This document shows positions 37,084-46,575 of a stretch of 64,000 nt of DNA, one piece after another. Position 1 is the stretch's first letter. Every line of letters starts with the position of its first letter. The notes under the pieces were generated by a model. The model ran no database searches, was not told the origin of the DNA, and saw only the letters and a list, made by a program, of their open reading frames with translations. Origin of the DNA: an uncultured Dehalococcoidales bacterium (lineage in GTDB: Bacteria; Chloroflexota; Dehalococcoidia; GIF9; AB-539-J10); assembly GCA_964394145.1 (NCBI GenBank), contig CAYMVL010000044.1, positions 560 through 64,559 on the forward strand, given 5' to 3'. The position numbers and the translations under genes are program-made.

Positions 37084-38019
37084 TCAGATTGATCTTATCT
37101 CCTCCCGCATGAATACTGTGTAGGAGATGGCGAAGCAGATGGCCGCCAGGGCAATTATGCCTACTATCTGGGGCCAGGCGAGCAAGAGGCTTTGGCCGAA
37201 GCTGAGAGAACTCTCCATCCTTCCGGTAAAGGCGCTCCACAGTATTAGTGCCGGATTAAAGCTAGCCTGCTCGGGAGTCAACAGGGCATAAGTAGCTTCG
37301 CCGTAAAGGGTGGATGGGGAAATGCGTGAAATTGCCCCTGAGATTTCATAATGCCTGGCTATCATCTCCATGGTGGAATCCTCAGCAAGCGGCACTACGC
37401 TGCCAGCAATGGCGCTGGCAATTACCCCCATAAAGACGAAGAGGAACAGCCACAGACCTATAGAAGCCAGTATGGAAGTGGTGGAAGACTTGAACAAGAC
37501 GGAAAAGAGCACAGCCAGAGCCAGCCAGAAGGCACCGTAGATTATGCTCACCAGGGTGAAGAATATGAGCCGCAAAACCTCTTCCGAGCCCGGCGGCACG
37601 CCAACAATACGAAGCCCCAGTCCGGCAACGATGGCGATTACACTGACTATGATGATGGCCAGAATGGCAAGCGCGGCAAGAAACTTGCCATTGATTACCG
37701 AGTCGCGATAGATTGGCTGGGACAGGAGCCGGCTCAGGTTTCCGCTGGTTCGCTCGCTATTTACAGCATCAAAACCAAGGGCTATGCTCATAATGGGGAT
37801 AAAAAGTGACATAAAGAAGAGGAAAGATAGCGAAGTCCCGCCTGAGAGGGTAAAGATTTTAAGGAAGATAAATTCGGTAGTTGTAGTTACCTCGCCTCTT
37901 ATGTTTTGTATAGCGATATAGGTGGCGAATACGGATGCCAGCAAAACCAGAATAAACAGGATTAAGAATCTTCTACTGGCAAGATGGTCAGCAAGCTCCT
38001 TGCGAAAAACAGCGTACAT
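37084..38019 (-). CDS. ABC-2 type transporter permease
   Basis: 311 aa. The N-terminus MYAVFRKELADHLASRRF is typical of ABC-2/NosY-like permeases. About 6 TM segments. Confidence 0.75.
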   Translation of the reverse strand: MYAVFRKELADHLASRRFLILFILVLLASVFATYIAIQNIRGEVTTTTEFIFLKIFTLSGGTSLSFLFFMSLFIPIMSIALGFDAVNSERTSGNLSRLLSQPIYRDSVINGKFLAALAILAIIIVSVIAIVAGLGLRIVGVPPGSEEVLRLIFFTLVSIIYGAFWLALAVLFSVLFKSSTTSILASIGLWLFLFVFMGVIASAIAGSVVPLAEDSTMEMIARHYEISGAISRISPSTLYGEATYALLTPEQASFNPALILWSAFTGRMESSLSFGQSLLLAWPQIVGIIALAAICFAISYTVFMREEIRSI

Positions 38020-38021
38020 AG

Positions 38022-38957
38022 CTAAGCCTCTTTAGAGTACTTCTTGTAAATCCTTTCCAGGTCGTATTCTTCGATTTTCATGCCAACGAGCAAGCTGCCA
38101 CTATCTACAATTGCCTTGGCTATCTGCCCTCTCAAATCATGACCAGAGCTAATGCGCAGATAGTTGTCGGAACTTTGTACGTCCGTTACTCCGTCGACGC
38201 GTTTTATGGAATCGATGAGTTCCGGAGTCGCCTGGTCTATCTCAGCCTCAATGCGGTATTGGCCCCCACCTATAGCCTGCTTACCCAGGCGGGCTATAGG
38301 TCCTTCAGCAACCAGGTGCCCCTTGGCTAATATGCCTACCTGAGTACATATCTTCTGTACTTGGGGTAGTTGATGTGAGCAGAAGACAATGGTCATGCCT
38401 TTCTTGGCCATCTTTACTATGAGGTCGAGCATTTCATCAATGCCTTTGGGGTCTATGCCAGATGTGGGTTCATCCAGAAAGATGAGTTTGGGCTCTTTAA
38501 TCCATATATCAGCGATACCCAGCCTCTGTTTCATTCCACGGGAGAAGGTTCTAACCTCCTGGTCTGCTACTTGAGATAAACCCACCGTACCCAGGAGCTC
38601 ATCTATGACTCCCTCAGTTTCCCCCTTCGGCAGGCTATTTAGTTCGGCAGTATATCTGAGATTCTGCCTTGGAGTCAGGTCTTCGTAAAAGCCAAACTTC
38701 TCTGGCAGATAGCCTACGATTCGTTTCACTTTCAGGGGCTCTCTTGTTGGGTCATAGCCGCAAACCCGGGCTACGCCTGAACTGGGCTCGGTGAGCCCGA
38801 GAAGCATTAACATGGTTGTCGTTTTGCCTGCCCCGTTAGGCCCGAGAAAACCAAAAATTTCACCCTCTTCTATACGAAGATTAAGCCTGTCAACGGCCGT
38901 GTAGCCATTGTAGGTCTTGGTCAAATCTTTAGTCTCGACTACGACCTGCCCCATCAC
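38022..38957 (-). CDS. ABC transporter ATP-binding protein
   Basis: Walker A GPNGAGKTT, signature FSRGMKQR, Walker B LIFLDEPTSG, H-loop CSHQ. Confidence 0.9.
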   Translation of the reverse strand: MMGQVVVETKDLTKTYNGYTAVDRLNLRIEEGEIFGFLGPNGAGKTTTMLMLLGLTEPSSGVARVCGYDPTREPLKVKRIVGYLPEKFGFYEDLTPRQNLRYTAELNSLPKGETEGVIDELLGTVGLSQVADQEVRTFSRGMKQRLGIADIWIKEPKLIFLDEPTSGIDPKGIDEMLDLIVKMAKKGMTIVFCSHQLPQVQKICTQVGILAKGHLVAEGPIARLGKQAIGGGQYRIEAEIDQATPELIDSIKRVDGVTDVQSSDNYLRISSGHDLRGQIAKAIVDSGSLLVGMKIEEYDLERIYKKYSKEA

Positions 38958-39869
38958 TCATCTCCTGCCCAATTTTCTGAATCCTACCGCCAAGCCCGCT
39001 ATGACAACGACGACGATGCCTGCTCCTATCCACCCCCATCTGGTGGATGTTCCTACTGTCACTCTGATATCCAGTTCAGGGGGCTGGGTTGTGGTATCCG
39101 GGTCAGTACCAAATGTTATGGTTGTCATATAGTCACCAGCTATAGCCTTGGACGGCGGCTTTATAGTGACTTCAATCTCCCGCTCGTCCAGCGGAGCCAT
39201 GCTCTCTATTTTGTCCGGTTCAAAGCTTACTTCCCACTCCTCATTGGCGATTCCTGCCGGCTCGCTTGAAGAAAATTTTATTTCGTTGAAGTCATCTGTT
39301 CCGATATTGGTGACGACGATAGTGAAATTGCTCTCCTTACCGGCTGTAGCCTTAATATTGAGCAGCCCGGTCTTTGTCTCGGCTGCGAGATGATATGTGG
39401 CAGTAATTCTGGCTGTGACGTCAACGCTGGACTCTATATCCCCGGCAGCTGCTTGCAGTGTTATGGTATAGTCTCCCGGCTCTGGGAATAGCCAATACGG
39501 TGCTATAGCAGTGACTGTTAGGGTTTCTGGGTATGTGCTGCTTGGGTCGAGGCGAATAGCCGATAGCTGTGTTGTGCTGCTTGCAGACGACGCTATACGG
39601 ACTGTCCATCCAGAAGGTGCTGTAGCTAAAAGGTCAAAGACCCGTGGCTCTTCTCCACCGACGTAGGAGAGCTGTATTGAGAACTGAAAGCTGGTATCAG
39701 CCGTACCGCTTAGTACGGGATATTCGACTTCGAACTCTATCTTTTCTTCAGGCAAGGAGGTTTGCTGCTCCGATTGCGCTGCAATTATCTGCGGGTTTGC
39801 CAGCCCGCTGAATATTGCCACAACTAGCAGAAGACAAGACATAAGGCAAGTTAGCTTCAATTTGCTCAT
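38958..39869 (-). CDS. exported NEW3/COG1470-like repeat protein with C-terminal membrane anchor
   Basis: 303 aa. Signal peptide, two Ig-like segments (PGDYTITL..., AGDYMTTITF) and a C-terminal TM helix followed by RKLGRR. Abuts the ABC ATPase gene. Confidence 0.55.
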   Translation of the reverse strand: MSKLKLTCLMSCLLLVVAIFSGLANPQIIAAQSEQQTSLPEEKIEFEVEYPVLSGTADTSFQFSIQLSYVGGEEPRVFDLLATAPSGWTVRIASSASSTTQLSAIRLDPSSTYPETLTVTAIAPYWLFPEPGDYTITLQAAAGDIESSVDVTARITATYHLAAETKTGLLNIKATAGKESNFTIVVTNIGTDDFNEIKFSSSEPAGIANEEWEVSFEPDKIESMAPLDEREIEVTIKPPSKAIAGDYMTTITFGTDPDTTTQPPELDIRVTVGTSTRWGWIGAGIVVVVIAGLAVGFRKLGRR

Positions 39870-39984
39870 TTTGAGAACTCCCCGTACAATATTTCTGAGT
39901 ATTCTAGCTGAGTTAGTTTCTTATATCAAGTGTAAAGGAGAAATGTTAAGAACCTTTTAAGACTGGACTAATAATGTCTGAAAG

Positions 39985-40755
39985 GTGGACTGGTGTTACA
40001 TTCCTATCCAAAAAGAGCAAGTATGGAACATCTCCACAGACGATTTGCTGATGAACGGGAAAAGGATTTGTTTAAGGGGTATTGCCAAGGAGTACTTAGA
40101 TAGAACAGTGATTGAGGAAATTTTGGAACTTGGTGAATCTAGGTTTTTCACCCTCTTAAAGGAGTATAGTCATAACTCGGGCAAATTTTACGTAGCTTAT
40201 CAAAGAGAAAGCCCAACTAGAGAATTCTGTGTCCCGGTGGGCAAGGAAATCGAGGAAAAGTTGACGCTAGAGGAAAGCTTAATCGATGATCGCACTTTGC
40301 CCATTAACAACTATAACTACTCTGCCATAAGAGATCGCTTAGCTAAGAGAGAGATTATAGTAGCTTTATCTACCATTATCGAGCGAGCCAAAACTTTGGA
40401 CTGCTACCATCCTCATCGAAGGAAGAAGGCACATGACTGTGAAGTCGTTACCGCTGCCATTGGCGCCTTGATTCAGCATGACGGCTCACCTCACCGTAGG
40501 TCAGCCTATGCAAAAGAGAAATGGGTATCGATTACTTCCCTAAATGATTTCAGCCGCAATCTCCTCAATGCTGACTTATTTGAACAGGAGACATCTCGGG
40601 CTCATATCAGAGCTTCTCAAGCTTTAGTGGAGTTCTACGGAATCCCCTTTCGGTATTATGCTGACTCCTCGCGTGTCTTTCGTTTTGTCGAGAGCAGCGA
40701 TAGTATCTGGAGAAAGCATGCTCTTCAAACTGACGAAGCTGATCCTCAATTTTGA
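39985..40755 (+). mobile_element. truncated/degenerate DDE (rve-type) transposase relic
   Basis: LIQHDGSPH...WVSITSLNDFSRNLLNADLFEQET...YGIPFRYYADSSRVF resembles the first two thirds of an integrase-core catalytic domain. The protein ends before the catalytic Glu region. The N-terminal region is broken across frames, and I found no terminal inverted repeats. Confidence 0.45.
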
Positions 40756-40813
40756 ATCGTAATGCAGTGCACTTTTAAAAAGTTCGTGACAAGTCTAAAG
40801 GAGAAAGAATTCT

Positions 40814-41527
40814 ATGCCGAGGACAGATAACAGAGCCAACAATGAGCTTCGCCCGGTGCATATTACTTTGGGCTATCAAAGATTCGCCGAAGGCTCAGCC
40901 CTTATAGAGCTAGGGCAAACGAGGGTCGTGTGTTCCATTAGCTTGGAGGAGAGGGTGCCCGGTTTCCTCAAAGGTAGTGGGAGGGGCTGGCTAACTGCTG
41001 AATATTCTATGTTGCCTCGCTCCACACTTACTCGCATACCCCGGGATAAGGCAGGAGGAAGGAGCCAGGAAATCCAACGCCTTATTGGTCGCAGTCTAAG
41101 GGCAGCAATCGACATGACTGCCTTGGGAGAGAAGACCTTCATCGTGGATTGTGATGTGTTGCAAGCAGATGGTGGCACCAGGACAGCGGCTATCACTGGC
41201 GGGTATCTCGCTCTGTTTCAAGCCTGTCATAATCTGAAAAGGCAAGGAGTTTTGCCCTCTATGCCGCTCAGCAGGATGATAGCTGCTACCAGCGTTGGCA
41301 TTTTGAATAGGAGCATGCTACTTGATCTTTGCTACGACGAGGATTACAAAACCGAAGTTGATTTCAACGTGGTAATGACTGATAGGAGCGAGTTTGTCGA
41401 AATTCAGGGCACAGCTGAGAGTAAGCCTTTTTCTAGAGAAACCATCGATTCGCTGCTTTCGCTAGCTCAGGAAGGAATCACCAAGCTTTTCAGAATCCAG
41501 CAGGAAGCCTTGAGAGCTTTATCCTAA
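40814..41527 (+). CDS. rph: ribonuclease PH
   Basis: 237 aa. Motifs: RADGRxxxELRPV-like RTDNRANNELRPV, GWLTAEYSMLPRST, DCDVLQADGGTRTA. Confidence 0.95.
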   Translation: MPRTDNRANNELRPVHITLGYQRFAEGSALIELGQTRVVCSISLEERVPGFLKGSGRGWLTAEYSMLPRSTLTRIPRDKAGGRSQEIQRLIGRSLRAAIDMTALGEKTFIVDCDVLQADGGTRTAAITGGYLALFQACHNLKRQGVLPSMPLSRMIAATSVGILNRSMLLDLCYDEDYKTEVDFNVVMTDRSEFVEIQGTAESKPFSRETIDSLLSLAQEGITKLFRIQQEALRALS

Positions 41528-41912
41528 AGAATCTCCTGCGCGTACTGTTGTTAGGCAGCTGGCGAGTTATATTCGAGCGACGAAGCGATAATTAGTAAGT
41601 AAGTCTCAGTTGGTGGTCTTTGAGATTACCTTGAAGCCTGACCGGGCATATCGGGGCCCGATGTGGCTATAGCTGTAAGCTTTTATCAGGCTTCTGTACT
41701 ATGCTCAAGGGGCGTGTCACTGCTGGCACTGACTGGAAGCTGAATTGTGTTAGTCTCCCTTGGAAGGGTATTGCTAAATATGTAGTAACCATCTACGTAA
41801 GGTAGCAGGCAGCCTTGTTTTGGGCCGACAACATTGCTATCATAAAGTGTTCCTAAAGGAAAGTGAACCTTTAGATGTTCCACATGGAATTCGACAGCTG
41901 GAGGAGCAGGTC

Positions 41913-43268
41913 ATGTCGCAGAAAGTAACGAAGGAAGAGCTTTTGGCTAAGGCAGAGAAGCCTGCGGACGATGCAATGAAATTGCATGCGTTTTACCGGG
42001 GCAAAATGCAAACGGTGCCCAAATGCCAGGTTCGTGACTTCAATGACTTTGCCATCTATTACACCCCCGGAGTTGCTGAGCCTTGTAAGGTGATTCAGGC
42101 AGATGAATCGAAGTTACATCAGTACACCAACAGAGGGAACACCATAGCCGTAGTCTCTGATGGCACTCGAGTGCTGGGTCTCGGTGACATAGGACCTAAG
42201 GCAGGCTATCCTGTCATGGAAGGCAAATGTCTATTGTTTAAGTACCTTGGTGGTGTGGATGCTGTGCCTATTTGCCTTGGCACCAAGTCCCCCGATGAGA
42301 TTATCCAGGCGGTCTTGTGGCTGCAACCGTCGTTTGCTGCTATTAACCTCGAGGATATTTCTAGCCCCAAGTGCTTCTATATTCTTGATGAGCTAAGGAG
42401 AAGGGCAGAAATTCCGGTATGGCATGATGACCAGCAGGGAACAGCCACGGTAATGCTGGCTGGGGTGATTAACGCTCTGAAGATCGTGGGTAAGAAGATA
42501 GGTGATGTGAGAGTCGTGCTGAATGGGTTTGGAGCAGCTAATATCGCTTCCGCGCGGCTTCTATTTGCCTACGGGGCCAGGCCCGAAAACGCTATAGTCG
42601 TGGATAGTAAAGGCATACTTCATCCAGGGCGGAAAGACTTGGAGGGGGAAAAGGCTGGATATAGTTATAAGTGGAGGTTCTGCCAAATTACTAATGGCGA
42701 GAAAAGGAGCGGCGATTTAAGCGAAGCCTTGAAAGGCGCCGATGTTCTTATTTCTTATTCTAAGTCAGGTCCCGGAGTAATCACAGCCCAACAGATAAAG
42801 TCAATGGCCAAGGATGCCATATGCTTTGTCTGTGCCAATCCTATCCCGGAGATCTGGCCCTGGGAAGCTAAGGAAGCAGGAGCCAAAATTGTAGCGACTG
42901 GAAGGTCCGACTTCCCCAATCAAGTAAACAATTCTATAGGGTTCCCCGCCATCTTCCGTGGTGTGCTTGATGTGGAGGCCAGGGCCATAAGTGATGAGAT
43001 GTGTATTGTTGCTGCTGAGTCGCTGGCTAAGTATGCTGAAGAGCAGGGCATTAGTGAGGAATACATCGCGCCAACAATGGGAGAGACAGAGGCTTTTGTT
43101 CGTGAGGCAGTGGAAGTTGGTATGGAAGCTCAGAAGGAGGGGCTTGCCAGATTGAAGATTAGCCGTGATGAGCTGCACAACAAGAGCCAGGCTATGATAA
43201 ACAGTTCCAGGGCGACACATGATGCCTTGGTAAGAGCGGGCTGTATCCCCCGGGCAGTAACCGATTAG
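41913..43268 (+). CDS. NAD(P)-dependent malic enzyme (short type)
   Basis: ATG at 41913 has a GGAGGAG SD. Motifs: YTPGVAEPC, VSDGTRVLGLGDIG, MEGKCLLFK, FAAINLEDI, HDDQQGTA, NGFGAAN. Confidence 0.9.
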   Translation: MSQKVTKEELLAKAEKPADDAMKLHAFYRGKMQTVPKCQVRDFNDFAIYYTPGVAEPCKVIQADESKLHQYTNRGNTIAVVSDGTRVLGLGDIGPKAGYPVMEGKCLLFKYLGGVDAVPICLGTKSPDEIIQAVLWLQPSFAAINLEDISSPKCFYILDELRRRAEIPVWHDDQQGTATVMLAGVINALKIVGKKIGDVRVVLNGFGAANIASARLLFAYGARPENAIVVDSKGILHPGRKDLEGEKAGYSYKWRFCQITNGEKRSGDLSEALKGADVLISYSKSGPGVITAQQIKSMAKDAICFVCANPIPEIWPWEAKEAGAKIVATGRSDFPNQVNNSIGFPAIFRGVLDVEARAISDEMCIVAAESLAKYAEEQGISEEYIAPTMGETEAFVREAVEVGMEAQKEGLARLKISRDELHNKSQAMINSSRATHDALVRAGCIPRAVTD

Positions 43269-44039
43269 GCAGCACGAATGTTGTGAGGGGAGCCAGAGTT
43301 ACATAGTCTCTGGCGATGTAAGGACATACAAGATGGCTCATGAAGTGTTGGCTGTGTAGCCTGCCTGCATAGGAAGACGAAGTCTATTTGCATGACAGGC
43401 ATTGGTGAAATAGCAGGCTAGGCTGCAGCAGGATGTACCAAGACAGCAGCTAAAAGCCTGTAGCAGCTCTTACTTGTCGTTTCCGTAATGGTGTTTGTCA
43501 GCATATGAAAGACCTGCAAAGGCCTAATGGTAGTGAGCTAGGTTGGGAGTTGAAAGCGCAAGAAACGAATTATGCGGTTTGGGTGCTATTTCAAAACAAA
43601 ACCCAGGACAAGAGCACTGCCAGATATGCAAAGATTTGACCGGAGGCTGAGTATGTGAAGGACTTTACGACGGCAATTCAGCGTTAGATGCCGAAGCGCT
43701 TACTGTCGGGCTAACTTAGAGTCTCGTATGGTGTGATCACAATCGTTGCCACAACTCTCCTCGCTATCCTGCCCCTGTGAAACATATCGAAAGCGATCTT
43801 GGCAAGTGCTATATAACCCAGTGTCATCTGTCAGATCAGCCAGCACAAATATTTTGACAGATGTCGTAATGCTGCGTTAGTATAGTCGTCAGTCCTATTT
43901 AAGCTTGGATCATTCATTTAGATGCGCAAAGCGGATGTAGGGGTGTAATTCGCGGTTGGGTTTATGGCTGTTTGTGCGATTGTACAGCAAGGTCTTGTTA
44001 TCTGGATGTGACAGGAGAAGCAATTTCATAGGATAAGTC

Positions 44040-44207
44040 GTGACCGGAACAAACACGAGACTAAGCAAGGCTATTAGCCTGATCCAGGAGCGAGACCTTG
44101 ATGGGCTGGTCATATATTCCAACGGTTCATATGGTCTTTTGCGGCCTAACTATTTGCGCTATTTTTCCGATTTTAGGCCGCTGTATTCAAATAATGCTGC
44201 GATATAG
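44040..44207 (+). pseudogene. 55-codon remnant resembling the N-terminal (creatinase_N-like) domain of an M24 paralog
   Basis: VTGTNTRLSKAISLIQERDLDGLVIYSNGSYGLLRPNYLRYFSDF parallels ...RWKAVREAMAKQRLDCLEMRSTNRYLGGYVRYFVDI of the gene that starts 30 nt downstream. Bounded by stop codons and has no adequate SD. Confidence 0.3.
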
Positions 44208-44236
44208 AATTGTAATCTGAAGATGGGAGTTGAAGC

Positions 44237-45427
44237 GTGTCAGAGGATTTGAGAAGAGAAAGACTCAGGGAGCCGATATCCAGACAGGAGCTTGAAAGGC
44301 GTTGGAAGGCAGTCAGGGAGGCGATGGCAAAGCAGAGATTGGACTGTCTTGAGATGCGGAGCACAAATCGCTATCTGGGTGGATATGTGCGGTATTTTGT
44401 TGATATTCCCGCTCAACATAGCTATCCGATGTCGATAATTTTTCCCCTGCGGGACGGGATGACACTCATTTCTCATGGGGGGCCGCCGTTGCCAGTCAGC
44501 CCACCCGAGTGGGCATTGCACGGCGTGAAAAGGCGCATCGTACTTCCCTATCTGCCGACGCTTAACTTCACGAATACAATGGAGGCTCAGGCCATTGCGG
44601 AAGCGATAAGAAGCCATAATGTAAAACGGTTAGGTGTTGTATCGAAAGCAGCAATTGCTGCTTCCGTCTATGAATATCTGAGGGAAAATCTGGCTGACGT
44701 AGATATATGCGACGCGACTGATATGGTGGATGAAATAAAGGCCGTCAAGAGTGAAGAAGAAATAAGGCTTATCAAGAAGACAGCTGAATTACAGGATAGA
44801 GTATTTGCTGCCATACTGGCCTCGGTTCGCCCTGGTGTGAGGGAGTATGAACTGAGGTCGGAGATACAGCGCTTAGCTATTAACCTGGGCAGCGAACAAC
44901 AGCTGATCATGATTGGTTCTGCACCGGCAGGAACTCCTGCAGGGCAATTGCATGAATTCTATCAGAACCGTACGCTGAGAGATGGAGACTGCGCATGTAT
45001 CATGATTGAAGTTAACGGGCTGGGTGGTTTTTACTGTGAAATTGGCAGGACAGTCTGTGTAGGTGATGCGCCAAGGGCTTTGCTGGACACGTGGGATAAA
45101 GCGGTCGTAGCACAGGATAAGACTGCCGAGCTTATGAAGCCGGGAGCCAAACCGGAGGAGTTGATAGATACTCATAATAAGCTACTCGGCAGCATGGGGT
45201 ATCCGCTAGAAGGCAGACTATTCTCACATGGTCAGGGATATGACCTTGTGGAGCGCCCTGGCATATGCCCCGGGGAGAGGATGACGATAAAGAGCGGCAT
45301 GAACATAGTAATTCATCCCACATTGATTACAAGAGAGAGCTATGCCTTCTGCTGTGATAACTATCTTATCACTGAGTCTGGCGCCGTAAGAATACATAAA
45401 ACCCCTCGTGAAGTGTTTGTTGTATAG
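44237..45427 (+). CDS. M24-fold (creatinase/Xaa-Pro peptidase family) hydrolase with non-canonical metal-ligand positions
   Basis: 396 aa, GTG start. Pita-bread-fold motifs SEEEIRLIKKTAEL and GDCACIMIEVNG..FYCEIGRT. The usual D/D/H/E/E ligands appear replaced (see finding). Confidence 0.8.
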   Translation: MSEDLRRERLREPISRQELERRWKAVREAMAKQRLDCLEMRSTNRYLGGYVRYFVDIPAQHSYPMSIIFPLRDGMTLISHGGPPLPVSPPEWALHGVKRRIVLPYLPTLNFTNTMEAQAIAEAIRSHNVKRLGVVSKAAIAASVYEYLRENLADVDICDATDMVDEIKAVKSEEEIRLIKKTAELQDRVFAAILASVRPGVREYELRSEIQRLAINLGSEQQLIMIGSAPAGTPAGQLHEFYQNRTLRDGDCACIMIEVNGLGGFYCEIGRTVCVGDAPRALLDTWDKAVVAQDKTAELMKPGAKPEELIDTHNKLLGSMGYPLEGRLFSHGQGYDLVERPGICPGERMTIKSGMNIVIHPTLITRESYAFCCDNYLITESGAVRIHKTPREVFVV

Positions 45428-45459
45428 TTCGCCTGCGGAGGAGAAAAAGATCTCCGAGC

Positions 45460-46536
45460 ATGATAGGTAGCGGCAAAATGGCGAGATTGAGAGGTAAAAC
45501 GAGCGGAAGTTTCAAGGTGATCCAGGTATCATATATGCCTGGTGTTTCGGAGCACTGCAAGCAGGTTTTCAAGCTACCGGAGGTGGAATACGAGATGAGA
45601 CTGTGTGCCCGAGAGGAGGAAATCGTTGCCGTGGCCCATGATGCTGATGTGCTGATGGTGGTTCCGGCACATGTGATGGTTTCCCGAAAAGTGATTGAGG
45701 CACTTCCGAGATGCAGGTATATACTCGGCCTTATATCCGGCTACGATGGAATAGATCTGGAGGCTGCTACTGAACACGGTGTACTGGTGACTAACATGCC
45801 GGATCTGTTCTGGAAGGAAGTATCAGACCATACTATGGCCCTTGTCCTTGCCTGTTCCAGAAAAATCGTAGAGCTTAATCAGGCAGTCAAACGTGGAGAG
45901 TGGGTCAGTATTTCAGATAAAGATTCAAGATTGGAGCGCGATATTGACCCGAAGTTGATCAGGCTTGAGCACCAGACTCTGGGCCTCGTTGGATTTGGTC
46001 GGATTGCTCAAGGCGTCGCTGTCAGGGCAAAAGGCTTTGGAATGAGAATCATTGCATATAGCCCCAGTGCACCTCCCGGTATTTTCAGCGAGTTTGAGGT
46101 AGAAAGTGTAGAGCTTGACAGGCTCCTTGCTGAATCTGATTTTGTCTCGATTCACACCATGCTTTCTGAGAAAACGCGCGGCATGTTTGGGCTAGAGCTA
46201 TTTAGAAAAATGAAACCTACTGCCTATATTATCAATACTGCGCGCGGCTCAATCATTGACCGGCACGCACTTTATGCTGCTCTTACTCAGCAATTGATTG
46301 CGGGAGCTGGTCTGGATGTCACTGACCCGGAGCCTTCAAACCCTGATAATAATGAGTTTCTGCGGCTTGACAATGTGATTATTACCGGTCATCGTGCTGG
46401 AAAGGACATTATGGCCTTTGCTGAGCTGTCTCGACTGGTCCCTGAGCAGGTATTCAGGGTTATGAGAGGAGAATGGCCTGACAATATTCTTAACCCTGAA
46501 GTTAAGGAGATATATATTCGGAAATGGGTAAGTTGA
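45460..46536 (+). CDS. D-isomer-specific 2-hydroxyacid dehydrogenase family protein
   Basis: GLVGFGRIAQ NAD-binding site, INTARGSIID (catalytic Arg), GAGLDVTDPEP, IITGHRAG (catalytic His). The true start may be the ATG at 45478. Confidence 0.85.
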   Translation: MIGSGKMARLRGKTSGSFKVIQVSYMPGVSEHCKQVFKLPEVEYEMRLCAREEEIVAVAHDADVLMVVPAHVMVSRKVIEALPRCRYILGLISGYDGIDLEAATEHGVLVTNMPDLFWKEVSDHTMALVLACSRKIVELNQAVKRGEWVSISDKDSRLERDIDPKLIRLEHQTLGLVGFGRIAQGVAVRAKGFGMRIIAYSPSAPPGIFSEFEVESVELDRLLAESDFVSIHTMLSEKTRGMFGLELFRKMKPTAYIINTARGSIIDRHALYAALTQQLIAGAGLDVTDPEPSNPDNNEFLRLDNVIITGHRAGKDIMAFAELSRLVPEQVFRVMRGEWPDNILNPEVKEIYIRKWVS

Positions 46537-46575
46537 AGGATCATTAGCGATTTGCTGGTTTCTAAGGAGCTATGA

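Noticed and set aside
41820-41912. N-terminal extensions offered by the ORF track: malic enzyme 41820, ECF sigma 56374, PyrK-like 23946, Asp23 32414, TrmO 53223, charged protein 14183.
   Set aside because: In each case an internal ATG has a much better SD or matches the family's usual N-terminus and length, so the shorter model was used. The start sites remain predictions.
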